From positions 1 through 60,744 of the forward strand of contig PXSB01000050.1 of assembly GCA_003023185.1 (NCBI GenBank): DNA of 60,744 bases, written 5' to 3'. Source of the DNA: Halobacteriales archaeon QS_9_67_17. Its GTDB lineage: Archaea; Halobacteriota; Halobacteria; Halobacteriales; Haloarculaceae. Shown one piece after another: positions 8,279 to 18,860 of the stretch; positions within the stretch are counted from its first letter, which is position 1, and every line of letters begins with the position of its first letter. The notes under the pieces are model-generated. The model was given only the letters and a program-made list of their open reading frames with translations. It ran no database searches and had not been told where the DNA came from. Both the position numbers and the translations under genes were made by a program.

Positions 8279-9862
8279 TCACAGTTCCAGCGGGCCGAGG
8301 TCGACGTGCTCACCGACGAGCGCCGCGGCTGCATCGTACGAGTCGCGGTCGGCGTCTGTTGGCGTGGGGCGGTCGACACCGGCGCGGTCGAACACACGCT
8401 GGAGGAAGGCGTCGCGCACGCCGTCGTTCTCGAAGAGCCCGTGAAGGTATGTGCCGAGCGTGTCGCCCACGGCGGCGCTGTCCGGGCCGAGCGGCCGGGC
8501 CACGTCAGCCAGCGCTCGCGTCTCGCCCAGATGTATCTCGTAGCCGGTCGCTTCGCCGGTCGCACCCGCGAGCGGGCCGGCCCCGTCGACGGGGACGGTC
8601 GTCTCGGCGACGCGCTTCTCCGGCGAGAACCGCGTCTCGACCGGGAGTCGCCCGAATCCGTCGAGCCGTTCGACCTCGCCGGTAGCTTCCACGCCCGCGT
8701 TCAGCAGGCGCTCACCGAGCAGTTGGTAGCCGCCACAGATGCCGACGACCGGCCCGTCGAAGTCTGCGAGGCGGTCGCCGAAGCCGGCCTCGCGGAGCGC
8801 GAGCAGGTCGTCGACGGTGTTCTTCGTCCCCGGGAGCACGAGCGCGTCACAGTCGAGCGGAGCGTCGGGGGGAAGGTAGGCGACCTCGACGCCGGGTTCG
8901 GCGGCCAGCGGCTCCACGTCCGTCGCGTTCGAGACGCGCGGCAGACGGACGACGCCGACAGTGACGCCCTCGTGGTCGTCCGTGCCCCGCACCGCCCGGG
9001 CGTCGGTGTCCGGGAGCGCGACGCTATCCTCCTCGGGCAGGCCGGGGTCGTCGTATGGGAGGACGCCGAGCACCGGCACGCCGGTCCGTGCTTCGAGGTC
9101 CTCGATGCCCGGTTCGAGCACGTCCCGCGACCCCCGGAATTTCGTGATGACGACGCCGGCCACGCGCTCGCGGCAGTCCTCGGGCATCAACTGAAGCGTG
9201 CCAACGACGTGTGCGAAGACGCCCCCACGCTCGATGTCGGCGACGAGGAGGATATCACAGTCGCGGTCGGCGGTCGCAGTACCATCCTCGTGGGTACCGT
9301 CGCCGACATCGTTCACTTGCTCAGGCCGAACATCGTCAGCGACACCGTCCGCTTGCTTGGGCCGGACGCCGTCGGCGAACCGCGCCGTCTCGACGTTCGC
9401 GAGGTCACGGTGGAGCAGATTGGGCTCCGCAATCGAGCCGGCTCCCTCCGCGACGATCACGTCGTGGTCGCGGGCGAGTCGGTCGTGAGCGTCCGCGGCC
9501 GCCGCTACCGCGTCGTGCCAGTGGTCGTCGTAGTAGCCGTCGGAGGTGACGTTGGCGACGCCGCGACCATTTACGACGAGTTGGCTCTCGCCGTCGCCGC
9601 GCGGCTTGAGCAGGACGGGATTGTGGTCGGTCGTCGGGGTGACGCGAGCGGCCCGCGCCTGCACGTACTGCGAGACGCCGATTTCACCCCACGGCTCCGA
9701 CCCGACCGGCGCGGCGACAGCACGGGCGTTGTTCGACATGTTCTGGCCCTTGAACGGCGCGACGTCGTAGCCGCGGTCGGCCAGCAGGCGACAGAGGCCG
9801 GCGGCGACCGTGCTCTTCCCGACGTGGCTCGCGGTGCCGGCGACGAGCAGCGTCCGCGTCAT
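8279..9862 (-). CDS. cobQ: Cobyric acid synthase
   Basis: [44 protein letters not shown] and GTYLHG motifs. Confidence 0.95.
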   Translation of the reverse strand: MTRTLLVAGTASHVGKSTVAAGLCRLLADRGYDVAPFKGQNMSNNARAVAAPVGSEPWGEIGVSQYVQARAARVTPTTDHNPVLLKPRGDGESQLVVNGRGVANVTSDGYYDDHWHDAVAAAADAHDRLARDHDVIVAEGAGSIAEPNLLHRDLANVETARFADGVRPKQADGVADDVRPEQVNDVGDGTHEDGTATADRDCDILLVADIERGGVFAHVVGTLQLMPEDCRERVAGVVITKFRGSRDVLEPGIEDLEARTGVPVLGVLPYDDPGLPEEDSVALPDTDARAVRGTDDHEGVTVGVVRLPRVSNATDVEPLAAEPGVEVAYLPPDAPLDCDALVLPGTKNTVDDLLALREAGFGDRLADFDGPVVGICGGYQLLGERLLNAGVEATGEVERLDGFGRLPVETRFSPEKRVAETTVPVDGAGPLAGATGEATGYEIHLGETRALADVARPLGPDSAAVGDTLGTYLHGLFENDGVRDAFLQRVFDRAGVDRPTPTDADRDSYDAAAALVGEHVDLGPLEL

Positions 9863-9932
9863 CGACCGGACACTCGGTTCGGGGAGGCTTCGGCCTTCCG
9901 CTCTCGATCCCGTAGCGGTACGGCTCCGCTCA

Positions 9933-11366
9933 TCAACACTCCCTACTTGCGACCGTCCGCCGCTGCGTGCGGTCGGGCGCGTCCAGCCGCACCTCTTGGG
10001 TGACCAGGACCACGGTCACGCTGTCGAGCCGGCGCTCGTGGGTTCGCTCCCATCGGGCACAGAGATACGCGGCGAACCCCTCCTGAAGCTGGTCGCCGCG
10101 ACGCAGGTCGGTCAGGTAGACGTACCAGCGGTGGCTGGGATACGTGTCGCTCGGGTCGGTTGGGTTGAACACGGGGTCGCCACCCCGGAGCGCGTCGACC
10201 CGGTCGCCGTCGGCCGTCGTTCCGACGGGGACGTACCAGCCGTCCGTCGACAGCGGTTCGGGCGCGAACATGTCCCACCGCCGCTCCTCCGGGTCGAGGG
10301 TCCCGCCGGTCGAGAGGTCGACCACTCCGACGCCAGCGGCGTTCCACACCAGTACGAACGCGAGCAGGACGACGGCCACGGTCCGCGCGACCCGACGAAC
10401 GCCGTCGGGCGGGAGCGAGTTAGGGTGCGGGAGCCGACTCTTTTCGCTCCGAGCGCGGGTGGCGAGCCGGCCGGTCCGCGCCTCTACCCAGTCCCAAACG
10501 GCCGACGGGAGGAAGGGGAGCAGGCCGGCGACGGAGACGAGCGGGAAGACGCCGAGCCGGAGCGTCGCCAGCATGAACAGGTGGCCGCCGGCGAGCGCCG
10601 CGACCAGCGCCGTCCGGGCGCGACCGGTGGTGAGGAGGAGCAGCGGCGAGGCGACCAACAGCGCCAGCCACGCGTGGGCCCCGAGTTGCAACAGGAGCGG
10701 GAAGCCGGCGAGCAGGTCACCGAGGCCGACAGTCAGCGCGTCCACCCCGAAGACGAGCCGGACAGCCTCGCCGGAGCGCCACGCCGACCCGCGCAGCTTC
10801 AGGACCGCGTTCACGAGGTAGACGGCAAGCACCTGCACGAGCAGTCCCGCAGTGGCGACGGAGACGACGCGCTCCTCGGCCGTCGCATCGGGGGCCGCGT
10901 CGAGGCTCCAGCGGGTGCCGAGCGGGAGCAGCACGCCCCACAGCAGGAGTCGCCGCAGCAGCGAGTCGCCGGCGTTCAACACCGCGAGGTTCCGGGTGTG
11001 CAGCGAGACGAGTAGGACGAACAAGACGAGCGCGGCGGCACGACACCGGTAGCCCGCGACGAGCGCGAGCGCGGCGAGCCCCGTCAGGACGAACAGGCCC
11101 GCCGCCCACCAGACGGACCCCGACAGCGCGTACAGCGAGAGCCGACCAACCGTCGGATAGATTTCGAACAGCAGTTCGCGGGGGAGGACGCCCGCGTCGG
11201 TGTAGAAGGCGACGAGGTCGGGCGCGCGCAACGCGAGGTCCGCGAGCACGAGCAGGCCGAGCGCGATTCGGAGGGCAGCCAGCGCGCGAGGGTCGACGCC
11301 GAGGCGGGGGCGGAGGACATCGCGTACCCCATTGAGGACGCGTTTGGGGCGGGAGAGGGGAGGCAT
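9933..11366 (-). CDS. HTTM domain membrane protein
   Basis: [25 protein letters not shown]...NAGD, WSLD and WDMFAP motifs. Confidence 0.85.
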   Translation of the reverse strand: MPPLSRPKRVLNGVRDVLRPRLGVDPRALAALRIALGLLVLADLALRAPDLVAFYTDAGVLPRELLFEIYPTVGRLSLYALSGSVWWAAGLFVLTGLAALALVAGYRCRAAALVLFVLLVSLHTRNLAVLNAGDSLLRRLLLWGVLLPLGTRWSLDAAPDATAEERVVSVATAGLLVQVLAVYLVNAVLKLRGSAWRSGEAVRLVFGVDALTVGLGDLLAGFPLLLQLGAHAWLALLVASPLLLLTTGRARTALVAALAGGHLFMLATLRLGVFPLVSVAGLLPFLPSAVWDWVEARTGRLATRARSEKSRLPHPNSLPPDGVRRVARTVAVVLLAFVLVWNAAGVGVVDLSTGGTLDPEERRWDMFAPEPLSTDGWYVPVGTTADGDRVDALRGGDPVFNPTDPSDTYPSHRWYVYLTDLRRGDQLQEGFAAYLCARWERTHERRLDSVTVVLVTQEVRLDAPDRTQRRTVASREC

Positions 11367-11416
11367 ATCGACCGTTCGTGCTGGGGGAGTGCGAGCGCGA
11401 GCATATGGTTTGTGCC

Positions 11417-12501
11417 CTACTCGACCCGGACGACGACGTGTTCGTCCTTCTTGCCGACGACAGTCGGGGTTCCGACACGGCGCAACGCCGCATCGATGTC
11501 GACACCGGCGTGGTGGACGACGAACACGTGTCCGTCGTCAGCGAGCAGGTCATCCACGCGACCGAACAGCGACGAGAGCACGCCGTCGCCCGCATGTGTC
11601 GGCGGATTGCAGAGCACAGTGTCGAACCGGCCGTCAACGCCACGGAGCGTGTCGGCGGTGACGACCTGTCCCGCCACCCCCAGCCGGTCGCAACGGCATC
11701 GACATCGGAGCACACGAGCGTGATGTCGGCACTCAGTCCGGCATACGCGCCGAGGACGCCGTCCCCGCAGCAGGTGTCGAGGACGCGGTCCCCGTCGCGA
11801 ACGGTCGCGGTCTCGGCGAGGAGTCGCGTTCCGTCGTCGACGCGACCGGCGGCGAACAGTCCGGGATACCCGAAGAGCGTTAGGTCGACGCCGGAGACGG
11901 TCGCGCAGTACCGCTCAGGAGTGGCGTACGTCGGCGGGTCGAACGCACTCGAAACGGTCGCCCGGAGGCACTCTATCTCGCCGCGGGAGCCGACACGCTC
12001 AACCGTGGTGGCACAGTCGGCGAGCGTCGCCTCGTAGCGAGTAAGCCCCGCTGTCGGCGCGGCAGCGAGGAAGCAGGTACCGCCGTCGCGGAGCCGCGAG
12101 CAAGCGTCGACGAGCCGCTGTTTCCCGACGGCGAGCGGCGTGTACGGTTTCGGGGCGATAGCGACGGTGTCGAAGTCGTCAGCGAGCGCCGTCAGGGCGC
12201 CGACGAGCTCAACTCGCGCATTGACCCCGTTCCTGCGGGCGTTCTCGCGGGCGAATCGTGCGGCACGAGCGTCGCGTTCGGCCATCGTGGCGGGGCGGGA
12301 GTCGCCGAGAATGGTTCCGACGACGCCGTAGTTCGCGGCAGGGACGAGCGTTCGTCCCGTGGCTCTGTCCCACAACTCCTCCAAGAGCAGCAGGTCACGG
12401 TCACGGAAGCAATCGGGCGAGTCGAGACCATCGGCGGTTCGGAAGTGGTACTCGTTACGGGGGGCATCTACCCGAGCCTTGAGCGTCAACTCCGGGCTCA
12501 T
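11417..12501 (-). pseudogene. RsmC/RlmG-like (MTS) methyltransferase, frameshifted near 11690
   Basis: PGLFAAGRVDDGTRLL and VLDTCCGDG lie in one frame; FDTVLCNPPTH continues in another frame (ORF 11417-11713). Confidence 0.75.
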
Positions 12502-12582
12502 CGGGCATCCCCTGTAGTCGGCCGAATCGGTCGGAAGCGGTGCGTCTCTGGTGTCGTGGGCGTGAACATCCGGTGTGGTGGT

Positions 12583-12818
12583 GGCTGTGGGCGGTCGGAA
12601 ACGGGACAGCCTCCACGCTACCGGGAGTCGTGGCCGGAGCAAGCGGCGAAGCCGTGACGAACCGGAGAACGAGCCGACGGCTCCCGACCGCGTGGAGCCG
12701 AGCGCCGAACAGCGTGACCCACCGCTCATCCCCTCGTCCGGGAGCGAATCGCGGTGAACCCACAGCCGGCGAGCCGACCGGCGGACGCGAGGGTCGCGCC
12801 GGTCAAGAGCCGCTGTTC
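12583..12818. ncRNA. Candidate structured RNA / leader (multi-stem, potential pseudoknot)
   Basis: Complementary pairs 12583-91/12759-67, 12707-14/12811-18, 12611-18/12690-97, 12622-31/12677-86 and 12776-83/12797-804. Confidence 0.4.
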
Positions 12819-12907
12819 AATACGACTGGTGATTCAGCCCCGCTCGACTTGAAGCTTGTCCGTCGTCCGCGAGCGCCCGCCGGTGTCCGCTCCGGACGTA
12901 TGCCCTG

Positions 12908-14791
12908 TCAGTCGCCTGCCGCCTCGACCGTCGTCCCGACGCGGCGGTCGAGGAAGTCATCGAGGATGCGGAACAGCCGGATCTTCTGGTCGATGTCGGA
13001 GGAGGCGTGGCCCTCCTCGCCGAGTTCGACGTACTCGTAGTCGTTCGCCTCGCCCTCCTCGTAGCCCAACTCGTCCAGTCGGTCGCAGTAGAGTCGCGCC
13101 TGTTCGACGGGCACTCGGCTGTCGTTGACGCCGTGGACCAGCAGCAGCGGGCAGGCGAGATTCCCCGCGTGTTCGACCGGCGACCGCTCGCGGTACAGGT
13201 CAGGATTGTCCGCCGGTGTGCCGAGGTTCTTCTCCATGAGTTCGGTGCGGAAGTGGGGCATCGTCGTCTCGAACATGCGTTCGAGGTCTGTGAGACCGAT
13301 CCACGCGATGCCGGCGTCGTAGAGGTCGGGATACTGGACCGTCTGCCAGTAGGCGGAGTAGCCGCCGTAGGAGCCACCGAAGACGACGACGCGGTCGGAG
13401 TCGAGGTAGTCGTGTTCAGCGAGGACGTGTTCGGTGCCGACGGCCACGTCGCCCTGCTCCGCGCCGCCCCAGTCGTCGTACAGTTCGCGGACGAACTCGC
13501 GGCCCCGTCCCGTCGAGCCGCGGTAGTTCACCTGCAACACGGAGTAGCCCCGAGAGACGAGGAACTGCGTGTACAGATCGAAGTTGCGGTAGTCGGCCGC
13601 GCGCGGACCGCCGTGTGGATTGACGATGAGCGGCGACGGTCGCTCGCCGGAGTCGTACAGTAGGCCCTCAATTTCGAGCGTGTCGTAGGGGTCGTGCTCG
13701 ACGGCGGCCTGCCGCGTCTCGGGGACGCCGTCCGACTCGAAGGTGAAGAACGCCGCGTCGGCGAAGTCGTTGGGGTCGAACGGGCCGTAGTCGGCCGCCA
13801 GCAGTGTCTCGGTCGTGTCGTCGGTCAGGTCGTACGCGAGCAGGTCCGACCGCGTGCTGGGTGTGGTGTGGGTAACGAGCAGGCGGTCGTCGTCGATCTG
13901 CGTGCGACCGGTGCCAGCAAAGGCGGCCACGCCCTCGGGCAGGTCGAGTTCGCGCGACTCGCCGTCGAGGTCGTAGACGACCGGCGCGACCGCCGCCTCG
14001 CGCGTCCGGTGGACGAGGAACCGGTCGCCGTCGTCGAGGAAGGCAACCGGCGACTCCTCGCTTTCGCCTCCGTACCACGTCACCTCGCCCGACTCGAACT
14101 CGTAGACGCCCGCCCGGGAGACATCCTCGGAGTTGTCGGAGACGAGCAGGTGGTCGCCGTCCGGCGAGAAGTCGACGGGCGAAGCCTCGGCGCCCGTCTC
14201 GCCGATGTCGAGGTTTCGGGGGTTCGAGCCGTCGGCGTCCGCAACGTACACGTCCTGATTCTCGAAGTCGTCGGCCTCGTTGGTGCTGAAGGCGATCCGT
14301 TCGCCGTTGGGCGAGAGCGTCGTGCTGCCGGCCGCTCGCTCGTAGTCGGTGAGCTTCGTCGTCTCGTCGGCGTCGCGGTCGTGCCGGTAGACGTTCATCT
14401 GGCCGTCTCGCGAGGAGCCGAAGTAGAGGACGCGGCCGTCGTCGCTCACCGCTTGGAGGGCGTTCTGTCCCGCCTGTTCGACGACCGGCTCGGTGTTGCC
14501 CTCGCGGTCGACGACGTGGATGTCGTTCTGCTCGTCGCCGCCCTCGTCCATGTGGAAGAACACCTCGTCGTTGCTACCCCACTTCAGATACCAGCGGGCG
14601 TTGCGCGGCACCTCGCCGTCGGTCACCTGCCGGGACTCGCCGGTGTCGGTGTCTATCAGGTGGAGTTCGTTCCGGCCGGAGTCGTCGTAGTAGACGGCAA
14701 TCGTCGAGCCATCCGGCGACACCGTCGGATGCTGAAAGCTCGGCAGTCCCGCGAGTTCTTCGAGCACGTCGTCGACATTATCGAATCGCAT
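12908..14791 (-). CDS. S9 family (acylaminoacyl/prolyl oligo-) peptidase
   Basis: Beta-propeller SPDG repeats, HGGP, NYRGSTG, catalytic GGSYGG, D-RV and EGH. Confidence 0.93.
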   Translation of the reverse strand: MRFDNVDDVLEELAGLPSFQHPTVSPDGSTIAVYYDDSGRNELHLIDTDTGESRQVTDGEVPRNARWYLKWGSNDEVFFHMDEGGDEQNDIHVVDREGNTEPVVEQAGQNALQAVSDDGRVLYFGSSRDGQMNVYRHDRDADETTKLTDYERAAGSTTLSPNGERIAFSTNEADDFENQDVYVADADGSNPRNLDIGETGAEASPVDFSPDGDHLLVSDNSEDVSRAGVYEFESGEVTWYGGESEESPVAFLDDGDRFLVHRTREAAVAPVVYDLDGESRELDLPEGVAAFAGTGRTQIDDDRLLVTHTTPSTRSDLLAYDLTDDTTETLLAADYGPFDPNDFADAAFFTFESDGVPETRQAAVEHDPYDTLEIEGLLYDSGERPSPLIVNPHGGPRAADYRNFDLYTQFLVSRGYSVLQVNYRGSTGRGREFVRELYDDWGGAEQGDVAVGTEHVLAEHDYLDSDRVVVFGGSYGGYSAYWQTVQYPDLYDAGIAWIGLTDLERMFETTMPHFRTELMEKNLGTPADNPDLYRERSPVEHAGNLACPLLLVHGVNDSRVPVEQARLYCDRLDELGYEEGEANDYEYVELGEEGHASSDIDQKIRLFRILDDFLDRRVGTTVEAAGD

Positions 14792-14850
14792 TCCTAACAC
14801 TAACAGTCCAACTGTTGTGAACGTTTGGAGAGGATGTGTCGTCTCGCAGC

Positions 14851-15906
14851 TCAGGGTCGCAGCACTTCGACGCCCGCCGTGTCGTAGTCGGTCATGGCGG
14901 CGAGACGGTCCGACACCTCGTCGAGCGACACCTCGCGACCGACGAGCGCACCGGGGTCGAGTCGGCCGGATTCGACCATGCCGAGCAGTTCGGGGAACCG
15001 GGTCGGGGGCATCCCACGGGAGCCGAGCCAGTCGACCTCCCAGCGGGTCATCCAGTCCGTCGGAAGCGGGACCTCTCCCTGCTCGGCGTCGGTGGTCAGC
15101 CCGACCTGCACGTGAGTGCCTCGCTCGCGGAGACAGCGCACGGAGTTGCGAGCCGTCTCCGCCCGGCCGAGCGCGTCCACGGAGACGTCGGCCCCGCCGT
15201 CGGTCGCGTCGTCGATGGCCACGACCGGGTCACGCTCGCTCGCGTCGACGGTCACGGCCGCACCGACCTCGGCGGCCAGCGACAGGGCGTCGGAGGATAC
15301 GTCGACGGCGACCGGTCGCGCACCGAGAGCGTCGGCGATCTGGACGGTCGAGAGACCGACGCCGCCACAGCCGTGAACTGCCACCCAGTCACCGCCGCCG
15401 ACGGCCGCCCGGTCGGCCAGCGCGTGGAAGGCGGTCATGTACCGACAGCCGACGGCCGCCACGTCGCGGAACGGGAGGCCCTCGGGGACGGGTTGGAGGT
15501 TGTAGTCGGCGCTCGGGACGGCCACCTGTTCGGCGAACGCCCCCGGCGCGGCGGACTCGAAGCCGAGGGCGGTGCCGTCGGTACAGGTGTTGCCGTGGCC
15601 GGTGTGACAGCTCTGACACGCACCACAGCCGAGGTTGAAAGGCACGACGACGCGGTCACCCTCACGGAACCGCTCGACGCGTGGGCCGGTCGCGCGCACC
15701 CGACCGGCGGGCTCGTGGCCCAGCACGTAATCGAGGGGAACTTGATCGTCGGCCCACTCGCCGTGGCCTTGCCACGCGTGCCAGTCGGAGCGACAGATCC
15801 CGCAGGCCTCGACCTCGACGACCGCACCGTCCGGGGCCGGATCGGGGGCTGGACGCTCCGTCACGTCGAGCGGTTCACCGTACTCGCGGAGGACAGCAGC
15901 GCGCAT
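14851..15906 (-). CDS. Zn-dependent alcohol dehydrogenase family protein
   Basis: CGICRSD, GHE, structural Zn site CGACQSC...C, and GCGGVG. Confidence 0.93.
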   Translation of the reverse strand: MRAAVLREYGEPLDVTERPAPDPAPDGAVVEVEACGICRSDWHAWQGHGEWADDQVPLDYVLGHEPAGRVRATGPRVERFREGDRVVVPFNLGCGACQSCHTGHGNTCTDGTALGFESAAPGAFAEQVAVPSADYNLQPVPEGLPFRDVAAVGCRYMTAFHALADRAAVGGGDWVAVHGCGGVGLSTVQIADALGARPVAVDVSSDALSLAAEVGAAVTVDASERDPVVAIDDATDGGADVSVDALGRAETARNSVRCLRERGTHVQVGLTTDAEQGEVPLPTDWMTRWEVDWLGSRGMPPTRFPELLGMVESGRLDPGALVGREVSLDEVSDRLAAMTDYDTAGVEVLRP

Positions 15907-15942
15907 ACCCCCGCCACGCGTCCGGGGGTGAAAAGTATCTGT

Positions 15943-16137
15943 TCATGTGGGCGCGTACCGACCGCCCCGTTTCGCGACCAGTCCCTCCCGTTCCAGCGTG
16001 CGGAGCACCGGCAGTAGAGTCAACAGCTGTTCGTCCAGCGCGGCCGCCAGCTCGTCGGCCGTCGCTTCGCCGCGCTCTGTCAGGTACAGATACACGAGCT
16101 TCGCCGTCTCCGAAGACAGCGTCCTGAGCGAAGACAT
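15943..16137 (-). CDS. Small TrmB/MarR-like HTH protein
   Basis: AKLVYLYL...ATADELAAAL...LRTLEREGLV wHTH pattern. Confidence 0.75.
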   Translation of the reverse strand: MSSLRTLSSETAKLVYLYLTERGEATADELAAALDEQLLTLLPVLRTLEREGLVAKRGGRYAPT

Positions 16138-16340
16138 CACGCTCCCGGCTATTTCACGACGTACACTAAACTTTTCTACAACAGCTGTCGAACTTTGGGG
16201 CAGGGACGGATCTATCAGTGTCGTCGGGACACGGAGAGCGAGGGGCAGCCAGCCAGACGCGAGCCGTTCGAAGGGTTCGCCCAGAGCGCAGTAATACTGC
16301 TACCGCTTCGTCCGGCGGACAGGGGAGCAGAGCGCCTCGC

Positions 16341-16364
16341 ATATAAAAGCCGAACCTGTTCGGC
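16341..16364 (+). promoter_or_regulatory. TATA box followed by a palindromic operator-like site
   Basis: ATATAAAA directly followed by GCCGAACCTGTTCGGC; a related CCGCATATGTTCGG overlaps the start of the adjacent HTH_10 gene at about 17165-17178. Confidence 0.45.
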
Positions 16365-16519
16365 GAAACGTACGCCCACTCGCGAGGTATACGAATAAAT
16401 GGGTCGGTTGGACACGACCCGTCGCCAGCGCGTTCCCCCCGTGTGCCGCCACAGTGCGGCCACACCCTGCAACCACCCCTGCTCCCTTTCCCGCCCCCCT
16501 GTCCCCGCTTCTCCAACGG

Positions 16520-17170
16520 TCACTCGATGGACTCAGACCGGGCCGCGCCCGCGAACTGCCTGACGATGGCCCCCTCTGCGCGGTGGAGGGTCTCGGAGGC
16601 CGTCGACTTCGCGACGCCCGCCGCCTCGGCGAGTTCTGTCAGCGTGCAGTCCCGCGGCGTGTCGTAGTACCCCTTCTCGACTGCGGTCAGGATTAGTTCG
16701 CGTTGGCGGGGCGTCAGGGTGCTCTCGACGTTTATCTCCTGTCGGAGTGACTCAACCTCGAAGGCGACTCCGTACTGCTCGAAGTAGCCGGTCAGCTCCG
16801 ACAGCGCCGGGTCGGGCGCGGTCACCTGCAGCGACCCGCGACCGTCGCGACAGGTGAACGGCGGCTCGAACGGGATGTTCGCCCGGTGGAGCGTGAACAG
16901 GACGAGCGGCGTCTCGGCGCGGAACCGGACGACCGCCGCCGCCTCGCCCGACTGAACGACGGAAAACGAGCGGAAGCCGGGCGAGGACGCCATGAACTCG
17001 GTCGCAGCCGTGGGGTCCGAGGCCGTCACCCGGACCAGCTGGAAACACTCCATCTCGCCGGGTTCGACGGCCAACAGTTCGAAGTCAGCGTCGGGATGGC
17101 GCGTCGAGACATCGTGGGCCCACTCGCTGTCCGAGAGCCGGACGACGAGATTCGCGCGTGACACCCGCAT
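16520..17170 (-). CDS. Bat-type (HTH_10) transcriptional regulator
   Basis: C-terminal LTPRQRELILTAVEKGYYDTPRDCTLTELAE...STASETLHRAE. Confidence 0.9.
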   Translation of the reverse strand: MRVSRANLVVRLSDSEWAHDVSTRHPDADFELLAVEPGEMECFQLVRVTASDPTAATEFMASSPGFRSFSVVQSGEAAAVVRFRAETPLVLFTLHRANIPFEPPFTCRDGRGSLQVTAPDPALSELTGYFEQYGVAFEVESLRQEINVESTLTPRQRELILTAVEKGYYDTPRDCTLTELAEAAGVAKSTASETLHRAEGAIVRQFAGAARSESIE

Positions 17171-17279
17171 ATGTTCGGGTTGGCGAGACAAAAAGCCGTG
17201 GGTGGGGTTGTCGACCGCTCGCACGCGAGGCGGCGCTTGACCCGTAGGATTTTGACGGTACGGGGCACAACAGCGGGAC

Positions 17280-17579
17280 GTGAGCGACCGGTACGAAGTC
17301 GAGGTGAAAGCCTCTGCCCGGAAGGTGTCGCCGGGCGCCGGCCAGTGGGTCCGCGAGCACGGCAACCGCCGGACCTTCTCCAGCAAGGCGCTCGCCAAGC
17401 AGTGGGCGCGGACGATGTCACCCCCCGGTCGCACCGTCTGGGTGCAGGACGCCGTGCCGTGGGACGACAGCGTCGACGGCTACGTCGTCGGCGGCCGACG
17501 CACTGCTCCCCGACGCGACCCCGACCCCGGCGATCAGGAGCCGCTTCCCGTCGAACAGCGCTCCTCGCCGGAGCCGTGA
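17280..17579 (+). CDS. Hypothetical protein
   Basis: Host-like codon usage; YEVEVKASAR...VWVQDAVPWD pattern. Confidence 0.6.
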   Translation: MSDRYEVEVKASARKVSPGAGQWVREHGNRRTFSSKALAKQWARTMSPPGRTVWVQDAVPWDDSVDGYVVGGRRTAPRRDPDPGDQEPLPVEQRSSPEP

Positions 17580-17691
17580 ACGGTTCAGACCGTTCAACGC
17601 CGGCGTTTTCGACCGCCTCACCGGGTACGAGTTGAACGCGACTGAACGCTCTCGACCCCTCAAGTACCGTCGCCGACGAGAGACAGATGCG

Positions 17692-17967
17692 ATGAAACGA
17701 ATCCGAACTGCAGTCGCGGCAGTGACCGCCCTGCTGCTCGTCGCGGGCGCGGGGACGGTCGCCGCGGCTCCCGGTGCGGCAGGTAGCGACGCAGGACCAG
17801 ACGCCGACGCCGGCCCGCCGAGCAACCTCCCGGGACCAGTCCCTGACTTCGTGGGCGACGTGCTGGGCACGGTGAACGAGTTCATCGGCGGCACCGTCGA
17901 TTCGCTGGGTGAGGCCGTCTCCGGCGCGACGCCGGGCGGAAGCGACAGCGCACCGAACGACGGATAA
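17692..17967 (+). CDS. Small secreted hypothetical protein
   Basis: Sec signal MKRIRTAVAAVTALLLVAGAG; GPPSNLPGPVPDFV segment. Confidence 0.7.
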   Translation: MKRIRTAVAAVTALLLVAGAGTVAAAPGAAGSDAGPDADAGPPSNLPGPVPDFVGDVLGTVNEFIGGTVDSLGEAVSGATPGGSDSAPNDG

Positions 17968-17981
17968 CGCCCGAGGATCGA

Positions 17982-18239
17982 CTACCCTGCTAACTGTCTC
18001 CGAACGGCGTTGACCGCCGCGACGGCGTCAACCCGGCGTTCGGGGTTGTTCGCACACCAGACTCGTTCGCCGTCGACCGAGACGCAGAACACATCTTCTT
18101 CGGACGACGGCCGAAGCGTTACGTCCTCGTGATCGACATCGGGGCGCTCGCGGAGCCACGACAACAGCGTGCGACGCGTCGTGACCGCCTTCGAACCGAT
18201 GCGACACGCTCCACAGTACTCGATTTCGATACGCGACAT
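17982..18239 (-). CDS. Rdx (SelT/SelW/SelH-like) CxxC protein
   Basis: IEIEYCGAC at the N-terminus; VFCVSVDGERVW. Confidence 0.75.
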   Translation of the reverse strand: MSRIEIEYCGACRIGSKAVTTRRTLLSWLRERPDVDHEDVTLRPSSEEDVFCVSVDGERVWCANNPERRVDAVAAVNAVRRQLAG

Positions 18240-18627
18240 ATGCGTTCGTAGTGAACAATAATTATAAACCCACGGATGGGCGCGAATCTGGTCGGTATCT
18301 CGGACGGTGGACGCGCTGACACGGAGACGGCCCGTCGGAACTGTCGGTCGTTGGGAGCCGGGTGGCTCGGCGTTCGAAACGACCGTCGGGGCCGGGGGCA
18401 CAGCCCCGACGGCGAGGAGAGGTTGCGGCGGTCGCCGGGAGCGGGCCGCCGGAACACGGGTCAGGGTTGGGCGCGGCCGGTTACAGGGGACCCGCGCCGG
18501 GGGCAAAGGGACACGGGGTGGCCAACGCCCATACGCCACATGATGGCATGGATTATATTAGTTCTTTTGGCACGAATTAAACCGTCGAGGCACACGGCTT
18601 TTGCCTGCGGCCGTCGAAGCGTGGCGC

Positions 18628-18855
18628 ATGAGCGTGGACCCCGAGGAACACGAACTCAGCCGCAGGCGGGCGTTCTTCGCCGCCCTCCCCTTCCTCCTGT
18701 TGGGGTTGGCCGATGTCGTCCTCCTGCTGAAGTGGGGTCTCGACCCGCTGTGGGGGTTCATGATCCTCCCGCCGATCATCTTCGTGAGCGTGCTGGCGTG
18801 GCTCGCGTTCCGCGGGGGCTTCGTCCGCGACCGCACCGGCGAGCCGGGGAGGTAA
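18628..18855 (+). CDS. Small two-TM hypothetical protein
   Basis: Two hydrophobic helices after an acidic N-terminus. Confidence 0.65.
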   Translation: MSVDPEEHELSRRRAFFAALPFLLLGLADVVLLLKWGLDPLWGFMILPPIIFVSVLAWLAFRGGFVRDRTGEPGR

Positions 18856-18860
18856 GCCTC

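Noticed and set aside
10717-12729. 670-aa fusion ORF
   Set aside because: Produced by the methyltransferase frameshift reading into a shadow frame of the HTTM gene.
17982-18239. Selenoprotein (SelW-like)
   Set aside because: The motif is CGAC with ordinary Cys codons and no in-frame TGA.
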